A stretch of DNA of 64,000 bases, taken from positions 75,116,478 through 75,180,477 of the forward strand of contig NC_133618.1 in NCBI RefSeq assembly GCF_048593235.1. The letters run 5' to 3'. The translations under genes were made by a program, and so were the position numbers. Source of the stretch: Sminthopsis crassicaudata (taxonomy: Eukaryota). Of the stretch, positions 13,340-22,879 are shown piece by piece. Position 1 is the stretch's first letter. Each line of letters starts with the position of its first letter. Under the pieces are notes generated by a model. The model was given only the letters and a program-made list of their open reading frames with translations. It had not been told where the DNA came from and searched no databases.

Positions 13340-14004
13340 AAACTCATTATTCTCAAGTCAGCCCTTTCCAATTTTAGACCTCTAATTATGATAAAACATT
13401 CTTTTTGTCTTATGTTGAGAGATAATTATTCTCTTTGCATCTTCTCCATATTTTTTCTAGTTGTATCCTCAGAGACAAATCAAATCTCTCATATCAGAGA
13501 TTCAATACTTGAAAACTTATCATAATCTCCAAACTTTCTCTTTTTCCCAGGCTAAACATTCCCATTTCCTTTATCTGATTTCCATGTGTCATTTTTTTTA
13601 AGGCCACATATGTTTTCCTTTGGGCATAAGCTATTTATTAACTAATGCTCTTCCTGAAATCTAATAGCCAGAATAAAATTTAGTGCTTTAGATGTGGTCT
13701 AAAATAGAGTATAAAGATAATCTTCCTTAATCTGGACACCACAATCCCCTACATAAAAACTTAAATTACATTCTGTTTCTTTTTTTACTGCCAAATCATA
13801 CTGACAACCCATGTTATACTTTTCAATTTACTAAAATCCCTAAATTATTCCAAGACTATTTCCTAGCTATTCCTCACCCTAATTTCACTTATAAAATTGA
13901 CTCTTATTTTTCAAACCAAGTATAGACTTTTTATTTTTTTCTATTATGATTTATTTTATGATACTTGGCCCTGTGTTCTAGCTTTTTAGGAAATGTTTAG
14001 ACTC
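13340..14004 (-). mobile_element. CR1/L3 fragment
   Basis: tttcccaggctaaacattcccatttcc, tgctttagatgtggtct and accaagtatagactt, degenerate L3 3' motifs. Confidence 0.55.
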
Positions 14005-14075
14005 CGACTCCCTTAATCTTCATGATGGTCTTGACAATTTGAACATAGGAATAGATCACAAGTAACAAGGGAAGC
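14005..14075 (-). pseudogene. About 70-bp relic of an OR1D-like coding sequence (TM5-IC3)
   Basis: 14030-14051 (cttgacaatttgaacataggaa) is identical to OR1D 773-794. The minus strand translates LPLLLVIYSYVQIVKTIMKI versus [20 protein letters not shown] in OR1D. Confidence 0.65.
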
Positions 14076-14400
14076 CTTCAGCAATAAGGGAACTGAGAAT
14101 TAACAGAAGAGTAGGCTGATTTTGAAAGATGCAGAAGAACTAGGGACCAAATTACCAACATTCACTAGATCATGGAGCAAGAAAGGAGGTTCCAGAATAA
14201 TATATATTTCTACTTCACTGACTACATTGAAAATTTTTAATGTTTGGATCACAATAAAATGGGGCAAATCCTCAAAGAAATAGAAATGTTGGATCATCTT
14301 ACTTGGCTCCTGAGGTACCCATATGTGAGTGAGTCAAGAAACAACAGTTAGGGGAAAAAATAAAACAAATGGCTGGATAAAGACTATAAAGGAATGTGGC
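14073..14400 (+). mobile_element. RTE/BovB-like RT fragment (paralogue of 32985-33330)
   Basis: Degenerate GTRDQIANIRWIMEKAREFQKNIYFCFIDY...DHNK coding (agggaccaaattaccaacattcactagatcatggagcaag...ggatcacaataaaatg). Confidence 0.75.
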
Positions 14401-14409
14401 AAATATATA

Positions 14410-14880
14410 TTTTCACTTATTTATTTACCTTGTATGCAGAGTATATCATGTGAAATTCTAGTCTGCATGAATTAGAAGCTGGAAAAAAGGTTTCTAGGAG
14501 AAATATCAACAGTATCAGGTATATGGACAATACCACTCTAATACAGAAAGTAAAGAAAGAATTAAGAATCTTCTTGAGGAACACTGGGAAATGAATGTGG
14601 ACTATTTGCATTCCTGTTTTTCTTCCTAGGTTATTTTTACCTTCTGAATCCAATTTTTCTTGTGCAACAAGAAAACTGTAATCCGGATCTGCACACATAT
14701 ATTGTATCTAAGATATACTTTAACATGTTTAACATGTATGAGACTGCCTGCCATCTAGGGGAGGGGGGGGAGGGAAGAAAGGGAAAAGTTGGAACAAAAG
14801 TGAGTGCAAGGGACAATGTCATAAAAATTACCCATGCATATGTTCTGTCAATAAAAAGCTATAATATTTTAAAAGAGGTT
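14410..14880 (+). mobile_element. L1 3'UTR fragment specific to unit 1
   Basis: gaacactgggaaatg...ttctgaatccaatt...attacccatgcatatgttctgtcaataaaaag resembles the 3'UTR of the young L1 at 8460-8720. Absent at the homologous point of unit 2 (about 33340). Confidence 0.7.
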
Positions 14881-14884
14881 TCTT

Positions 14885-15810
14885 GATGAACACCTCAAAC
14901 CAATATAACAAAAATTACAATACTACCTAAATTAATTTGCCTATTGTCATACAATCAATCTAACAAAAAATTACTTTAGAGAGCTAGATAAAATGAGTAA
15001 AAAAATAATTCATAAGGAGAAATAAAAAGTTCAAGAATAAATAAAAAGTTCAAGAATATCAAGGGAATAATTTTTTTAATGTAAAAGAAGAGGATCTTGC
15101 AATACCAGACCTTAAGCTATACTACAAAACTAGAATCATCAAAAATTTTATTACTGGATTAAAAATAGATAAATTGATCAGTAGAACAGATTTGATACAC
15201 AAACTAAAGAAGCAAATGGACACAATAATCTAATGTTTGATAAACCCAAACATCTTAGCTGTCGGGATAAGTATTACAATTTGAAGAAAAAAAAAACTTA
15301 TTGGGAAAACTAGAAAGTAGTCTTGTTAAAACTGCATTAACCAACATCTCATTAAGATAAGTTCTAAATGGCCACAGGAGAACATAAAGTGTAATATCTT
15401 AAGTAAATTAATAGAACATAAGAGAAATAAGTTGACATATTTATGAAGAAGGCAAGAGTTCACCAGCCCACAAGAGATAGAGAAGTTCAAAACAGTTAAA
15501 ATGAGTTTTTAATTACATAAAATTAAATAAAATTAGAGATGCAGATAAATTAAATGTAGATAAATTTAGATATGCAGATAAATGCAAATAAAATTAGAAG
15601 AAAAGTAGACTGGGAAAATCATTAAAGCAAATTTCTCTGATAAATTTATGAGGAACCAGTCAAATTTAGAAGAATAATCATTGTCCAAATGATAAATGTA
15701 CAATAGATATTAATAGGCATTTTTCAGAGGAAGAAATCAAAGCTATCAATAACTAAAGAAAAATTGTTCTAAAACATTAATAACCAGAGAAATACACATT
15801 AAAATAACTC
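14885..15810 (+). mobile_element. Old L1 ORF2 fragment (paralogues about 33460-34140 and 44312-44460)
   Basis: Degenerate ORF2 sequence (ccagaccttaagctatactacaaa, tttgataaacccaaa, cagaggaagaaatcaaagctatcaat). Confidence 0.65.
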
Positions 15811-16194
15811 AGATACCATCTTGGGTAGCTAGGTAACATCACAGAAGGAACTCTAGATCTGGAATCAGTAAATCCTGAGTTTAAATCTGACTTCAGTTTC
15901 ATTTATTTCTTGGTTTTATTTCTGAAATATGGTTAATGTTGAAATTATTTACATATATATATTTTTATTGCCTTATCAATGAATAGAGAAAGGTAGCTCA
16001 AAGACTGAACAATGAGAGATTATTCACAAAGAATGTACAATCAGAAACTCATCCCCTTGAAGGTGGCACAGAGAAATATAATGTGTGGCTCTAATAAAAA
16101 TACAACCTCACTACAGATAAGAGGATGATCACAATAAAGAATACTTTCTAAATCCCAAAAGAAGATTAAGAATGTAAACACTTCTGCAAGCACT

Positions 16195-16426
16195 TAAATC
16201 TGGCCCAGAGAGATCATTTCGCATAAAAGCAGAGGAAAGGAACTTGAATACAAGAAAATACACACATTTGTCACTAATGAATTTCTCAGGGACATAAGGT
16301 CTCCAGGGACTAGAACACTGAAGAAAGAGAGACTAGGGTAAAGGCAAAGAATCATGAAGAAAGCACAGGAGAGGACAGAAAGAAGAAACAATATCCTAGA
16401 ACCCCATTCAGGCTATCAAGGTAAAT
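16195..16426 (+). promoter_or_regulatory. E1 promoter module (homeodomain + O/E sites) and predicted 5' exon with donor
   Basis: TAATGA 16275-16280, TTCTCAGGGA 16283-16292, TCTCCAGGGA 16300-16309, donor AAG|GTAAAT at 16421. Homologous module upstream of every OR1E copy. Confidence 0.7.
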
Positions 16427-16522
16427 TGAGAATATCTGGGAATTTTGCTGTCTGGATTTCTGACTCTTTAAGATGTAATTATACCCTAATCTATCTAAAG
16501 ACATTTCTTTCCAAAAGCACTC

Positions 16523-16526
<4 letters not shown>

Positions 16527-16561
<35 letters not shown>

Positions 16562-16586
16562 CACACGCGCCGCGCGCCCGCACACC
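16527..16586. repeat. (CA)n microsatellite grading into CGCGCCGCGCGCCCG
   Basis: Read directly. Paralogous pure (CA)n at about 45757-45806. Confidence 0.9.
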
Positions 16587-17394
16587 TCCTATGGTTCTAT
16601 ATATTCTCTCAGATAAAAATAGAAATTCTTTACTCTAGTGTTTATTAAGGTCTTTCACCATTTGGTTCCAAACTATTTTTCCAGATTAACTTCACATAAC
16701 TTGCATTTACATATTCAATACTCCAAGTAAACTGACCTACAAACTATTTCTCAAAGTCAACCTTTCTCCCACTTCCATGCATTCTCAGAATGCACTCTCA
16801 CAGTGCTTCGAATGCACTCTCTCCACATCTTCAAAACTTTATTAATCTTAAAAGTTCTACTCAGGCACCAATTTCACTAAGAATAGTTGCCTAATGCTAC
16901 CAGATATTAGCATATCCTCATACCTAGAATTCCTTTTCATTATATTAACTCATAAAAATGTGGAATGTGATGTCCTTCAGATGAGGAATTTTGATCTTTA
17001 GATTTAATACATTGAATGCACATAGATGATTCTTGATAAATATTTATTGAATTTTTTTAAATTATTATAAATTTGTGGGGGTTGTTTGTTTTTATACCTC
17101 TATAATCACTAAAATATCTCACAATTCAACTTCTGAAAAAGAAGAGCCTGCATATAGGTCAGTGTGTAGGGAGAGGTAAAGAAGAGGAAAATGAATGTCA
17201 TGCTCAAGATTCCTAGCAGCAATCCCTCAAGTTGATGGAAGTCATCTCAGACAAGGATCTATAGGTCCATAGCAGAAAAATAAGACAAATGTCATGCTTT
17301 ATCACAGACCATGCACCAGTGGTGACATCTATTTCCAGACACTATAATGACTTCTCTGGTGTCAATTTACTCAGGAAATTGAAAATCATAATAT

Positions 17395-17675
17395 AATAAG
17401 AATGATAAATAGCTAATGTTGACATAGTTCCTACTATGTGCCAGGCACCATGCTAAGCACTTTACAATTATTATCTCATTGGATCCTGGCAATACCCAAA
17501 GAAAGTAGGTGTTCTCATTCTGCTCCTTTCACAGATGAGGAACCTGAGTCAAACAGAGATTAAGTGATTTGATTTGGTCAACAAAGGTCACACAGCTAGT
17601 AAGTGTTTAGAGCAACAATTGAACTTAGGTTTTCCTGACTGTGGCCCAGCACTCTTTCCACTGCACCACATAGCT
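17395..17675 (-). mobile_element. MIR (paralogues about 35585-35850 and 46270-46490)
   Basis: ctatgtgccaggcaccatgctaagcactttaca...acagatgaggaacctgag...ggtcacacagctagtaagtg core. Confidence 0.75.
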
Positions 17676-18049
17676 ATCTGAGTCACAACTATCTGAGAAC
17701 AGCAAAATGCCCTAGATGAGTTCAAGTCACCAGGAATAAATGAACAATTTTATAGGAGAGCTAACAATGAGATTTCTTAACTACTTCAAAGATTCACAGT
17801 TGAACAGGAGACTTGTTGCAGAGATAGAGAAGACCAAAAACCCCAATCTTCACTACAGAAAAAAATGGATTTTTCAAACCAGAGGCCAATGAGTTTCAAT
17901 TTAGTTCCAATTAGGAGGGGAGCCTTAACAGAGAGATGATTCTTCAACACACAGTAAGAAAATCCACATTTACTATACAACTACATGGGTTCATCAAAAG
18001 CAAATCAAAACACCAACTTAATCCTACTTTATTTGTGATAGATTTCCAA

Positions 18050-18600
18050 AAAGATTAGAAAGAAAAACTACAAGCATAGTATGCTCAGATTTTAGCTGGT
18101 CATCTGACAGCCTCTCAAAATATGGATTCTACCTTAGATGTCAAATTCATTCCACAGAATGTAACCCAAACCACATTAAATTATAATTAAGAAATATTCA
18201 ACAAAGTAATTAGAAATATAGTAAAACAGATAATTGTGGTTTTCTAAGTCAACATGGGGCCCAAAGATTTCAATTCCATTTGAGTTTGAACCATTGGAGT
18301 AGATAATACAGTTACTAAGATTCTTAAATCATCATCTGGTACACTCTAAGAGTACTCATTGATGAACCAATATCAATTTACAGGACAGTTTCTAAGGTGA
18401 TCTTCCAGGGTCCTTTCTTTTGTCCTGTTCTATTCAACATTTTTAGCAATAGCATGAATGAAACATAGACAACAGGTTGAGGTTTTTTCATCTAAAATGT
18501 CATAATAGGGTATAAGATTGGCCTAAAGCAATAAATAGAAGTTTCATAGGGATAAATGTCTTGCATATTCATTCAAAAGATGAATTGCACAGATTACATA
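18050..18600 (+). mobile_element. CR1/L3 RT fragment (paralogue about 36200-36700)
   Basis: Degenerate LDFSKAFD region and cagggtcctttcttttgtcctgttctattcaacattttt motif. Confidence 0.5.
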
Positions 18601-19949
18601 TATACATTGTGGAAAAGAGAGATAAAAAACACATCATACACTAACGAATTTAAGATACTATGTTTCTGCAAACAATTCATATGAATACACTGTAAAGTCA
18701 CATATACACATAAATTTATTTAAGTAAGGAACTTATTTATTTATTATGAATTAAGGAGCATACACTACAATATATCTTACAATTCTCTACCTAGTGAGAC
18801 AATGTGCAATATTCTGGTTATATCTTTATATTGTATTAAAGGAAAAGACAATGACAAATTACAAATGTCCATAGGAGGCAAAGATAATGAGCAAAATTTT
18901 AAATGTGCAATAGCACAAAATCACAAAATTTCATACTTGTAAGGCACTTCAGGGTACATCTAGTGAAATTCATAACTGTTCATAAATTGCCTTTACAATA
19001 TCCCAAAAGTTGTCCTTAACTTAAAAAAAATTTTAAGGATTTGAAATTAGAACCAACTCTACATTCATTGGTCTTACACTATGTCATATAGCCTAGCTGG
19101 CTCATTTGAAGGCACCAAATATGCTTAACCAAAAAAAAGATGCATCATTTAGGTAGGAGGAGATCTCTTAACAATGTTTTAAAAACTGTGTTGCACTGTG
19201 ATATTAGACTTGCAAATTGGCCCACAATATAAAATCAGATCCAAGGAGTGAAAATTACAAAGAAATTTATTTTGCCTCAAAAGAATAATAATTTATTAAT
19301 CTATTAGAACTGCCCATAAATGGTATGAATTGTATTAGGAGATTGCACATGATTACCAGAAAATTGAGAATGTTTGCAGATAACAAGTTAATAAGAAATA
19401 GATTTCAGTGTGTATAAATAGGAATTCAGCTATATCACTAAAATGATAAGTTTCTCTAGGATAGAGATGTTAAGTATTTATCTCACTCCTGAGTATAGAC
19501 CATTAAAAAGCAATTGGGAGATATTTAACAAAATACATAAAAAATTTTAAAAAATTTAAAAAAACAGAGTGAACCTTACATTTAAAAATAAGTAAAAATG
19601 TAGCCTGCAAGTAACCCTATGTATGAATTAGTAACCCCCTTCAAGCTGAATTTGACTCTCTCTCTCTAAAATAGATTATGTACCTGTCCTAGTAGAGAAC
19701 AAAAATTAGCATCTACCTATTTTGTCAGATGGGAAGGCTAAGAAGAAGAAATTTAAATGTAAATGGCAGGTTTTGTTCCCTTTGTGTACTGGACTTGAAA
19801 TGGAAGAATTAGAATATAGAAGGAAAAGCCAATCCCTTTTTCAAAAAATCTACGTATGCTGCTATTATAGCTAGATAGTAGACCCTGTCTAGGTCTCTCT
19901 GAAGAACTTTGGATTTGATTGTGCAGCATACATAGGTTTATCCATCACT

Positions 19950-20800
19950 TGCTTGTTGCCAGAGCACTTTGAGGTAGATAAAAAGGGTAAACTGATTTGG
20001 GTGATTTTGATTTAAACATCAATTGGATTTTAGTAAGGCAGAAGTGAACAAAATTATTGATCTTTCTCTTCCAGAATCACACATTGCAGTAGCAGGGCAG
20101 AGCCAACACAACTGATGATGGCTCGAGATAAATGGAAGGATATAGGATATCAGGGAAGACTAGTATCTCCGGTGTAAGAGCTGCCAATCACTTTTCAGAA
20201 CTTATTTTCACCATTGGTGTCTCCCTCATCCACCTAATTCTTAATTGTGCTTCCAAGAAGCGTTTAGTCTGCACAGCAGCTGAACTATAGTAAATCACTG
20301 GGCAAGTATGATAAACAAGGTTGAGGGCAACTGAGAAATCTAAAACCACTCATTGAGGTAGGAGGGTGTCTTAAATGTCTATGGATTCCCACAGTGGGAA
20401 TGGGGAGAAAAGAACAATTTATTACAACAGTCATGAAGGCAGCTGAAGTTAAGCTCTATGGAGCTCTTTGAGCTTGGTTAGACATCACAGAAGCAAAGGT
20501 TATCTGCTCTGCTCTTACAAAACAGTAAGAAGCTCACTTGGTAATACCTTTGACTGAAAACTTTCCTCCTTGGTTATGTACTTGAAGGAAGGTAAAGAGT
20601 AAAAAGAGACTGCTGTATTCTTGAAAGCTATTGGACATAGCTATTCCTCTAATGTCTAAATGTGGTATATCCCCAAATCATGAATGAACTTGACTTGTAG
20701 GAAAGCAAGTTAGGCTGATATCCTCTGGGGGACAGAGACATACTGAATATTTTGGCAAAGAATAACTTGGAAATTAGATCCATGTAGTTAATGGAGAATA
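19950..20800 (-). mobile_element. Marsupial RTE fragment in the E1 intron (paralogues 39090-41330 and 47575-48000)
   Basis: Shared aagaacaatttattacaacagtcat...gagctctttgagcttggttagacatca blocks. The 3' end ggttggttgttgtccttcatcctt at about 39085 is typical of marsupial RTE. Confidence 0.6.
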
Positions 20801-21263
20801 TGGCAATTGTGAAGATAAGTAGCTACAATATGTAGAACTATAGTATCTTCTTAGGGTTTAAAGTGAACTTAGAAACCATCTTGTTGCCCAATTATAGGAT
20901 TTCCTGCTAGATGATTTCTGACAGGTATCCAACTCTTGATTTCACACTTTCTGTGACAACTGCCTACTAATTAGTAAGTCAGGCTAGCTCATTTTTATGA
21001 GCTACTAATTAATGACATGAACTTTACAAAAGAACAGGTGACTGGAAAGAGACTTGAATTATGTGGCCAATAAGCAGGATACCTAAGGCTAAGCCCACCT
21101 CAAACACCAGGAAATAGATCAGATCACTTATAAGAATTAGAAGTCAGATGTGGTTATATCTCAGGTTTCTTCCAGCTCTGAAACTCTACAAACTGTCTCA
21201 TGAACAAGATTTTTACTAAAACTCCTTTTCAAAGAAATGATTAGTATTTTTGTTTTCTCTCAG

Positions 21264-22223
21264 ATGAAGCAAGTTAATGAAGAAAATGAAAACCAAACCA
21301 TTATTTCTGAATTCATTCTCCTGGGCCTGCCTATCCAACAAGAGCTAAAGACCCTTTTCTATGCCTTCTTCCTGGCCATGTACCTAACTACAGTCCTTGG
21401 GAACATGCTCATCATCCTCTTGATCTCTCTGGATTCCCGCCTACACACACCTATGTATCTGTTCCTCAGCAATCTGTCCTTCTCTGACATGTGCTTCTCT
21501 TCTGTGACCATCCCCAAACTGTTGGTAAACATGCAGAGCATGAAACCAGTCATCCCCTATCCTGGATGCCTGACCCAGATGTACTTCTTCCTTTTCTTTG
21601 GAGATCTGGAGAGCTTTCTGTTGGTGGCCATGGCTTATGATCGCTATGTGGCCATCTGTTACCCACTGCACTACACAGTCATGATGAGCCCCAAGCTATG
21701 CAATTCTCTTGTGGTGCTCTCCTGGATCCTAACTACCTTTCATGCAATGCTGCATACCCTGCTCATGTCTCAATTATCTTTCTGTGATAACAACATTATC
21801 CCCCACTTCTTCTGTGACATGTCTGCCCTTCTGAAACTGGCATGTTCAGATATCCACATCAATGAACTAATAATATTCATCACAGCAGGACTAATTATTG
21901 TTGTACCATTCCTGCTAATTGTCACATCTTATGCTCGTATCCTCTCTTCTATCCTCAGGGTGCCCTCTGTGAGGGGCATCCACAAGGCTTTTTCTACCTG
22001 TGGCTCCCATCTTTCAGTGGTATCTCTCTTCTATGGGACAATCATTGGACTCTATTTGTGCCCTTCAGCCAACAATTCCACATTAAAGGAGACAGTCATG
22101 TCAATCATGTACACTATGGTAACACCGATGCTGAACCCTTTCATCTATAGTCTGAGGAATCAAGACATGAAAGGGGCCTTCAAGAAACTCCTAGAAGGAA
22201 GAAAAATTCTCAACTCCCTGTGA
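21264..22223 (+). CDS. OR1E: Olfactory receptor, family 1 subfamily E (OR1E1/1E2-like), copy E1, 319 aa, intact
   Basis: [86 protein letters not shown] and [12 protein letters not shown] are typical of OR1E. The upstream ORF-track residues MISIFVFSQ are the polypyrimidine tract and acceptor (ttttctctcag|ATG). Confidence 0.95.
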   Translation: MKQVNEENENQTIISEFILLGLPIQQELKTLFYAFFLAMYLTTVLGNMLIILLISLDSRLHTPMYLFLSNLSFSDMCFSSVTIPKLLVNMQSMKPVIPYPGCLTQMYFFLFFGDLESFLLVAMAYDRYVAICYPLHYTVMMSPKLCNSLVVLSWILTTFHAMLHTLLMSQLSFCDNNIIPHFFCDMSALLKLACSDIHINELIIFITAGLIIVVPFLLIVTSYARILSSILRVPSVRGIHKAFSTCGSHLSVVSLFYGTIIGLYLCPSANNSTLKETVMSIMYTMVTPMLNPFIYSLRNQDMKGAFKKLLEGRKILNSL

Positions 22224-22599
22224 CTGTGATACTGAACCTTCTAACATAATACGTTACAATTACAAGGAAAATATATAGTATAATAATAATAATGTAGAGA
22301 CTAGAAAAATATCCTGTATAGTCTCCTTGCTTCCATTTTCCTCCCTTTCGTTCCCATTTTTTATACTATCAGGGTATTCTTCCTTAAATCCTCTTTCTAT
22401 TATATCTTTGTCCTACTCAGACATTTTACAATCTTCCAAAATTGACTTTTCCTGTCTTTCCTCTCCCTGTTCCTTACAACCAGACTAGTCTCATCATAGT
22501 TCCTATTACACCCTTTCCCAAATAGAGTACTCTTTCCTTTTCTCAACATTCTTTGCCTTTTAAAGTCTAGCTTATATTGTCCTTAATTGATATATTATA

Positions 22600-22742
22600 A
22601 TTTTTTTCCTGAGGCAATTGGATTTAAATGACTTGCCCAGGGTCACACAGCTAGGAAGTGTTAAGGGTTGGAGGCCAGTTTTGAACTCAGGTCTTCTGTC
22701 TTCAGGGCTGGTGCTCTATCCACTGTACCACCTAACTACCCC
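22600..22742 (-). mobile_element. WSINE1, unit-1 specific
   Basis: Full WSINE1 signature (cagctaggaagtgttaag...gggctggtgctctatccactgtaccacctaactaccc). Absent in the E2 and E3 3' flanks. Confidence 0.85.
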
Positions 22743-22879
22743 TATTAACATAGTTTAAATCATTTAGCATTAGCAAGAATTTAGTAATTCCTGATATTCA
22801 TGCTTAAGAATACTCTTTTTTTTATGATGCAAGAATAATTTTACCTGGGTATGAGAATATCATCATGGTTTGAGGAAAA

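Noticed and set aside
21237-21263. N-terminal MISIFVFSQ extension on the E1 and E2 ORFs (also 41841-41867) and MSLLHSYRD on OR1D
   Set aside because: These codons are the intron polypyrimidine tract and acceptor. E3 and E4 lack the upstream ATG.
21359-21671. Antisense ORFs repeated in E1, E2 and E3 (64-76 aa)
   Set aside because: Shadow frames of the OR coding strand. Their identity reflects gene conversion, not separate genes.
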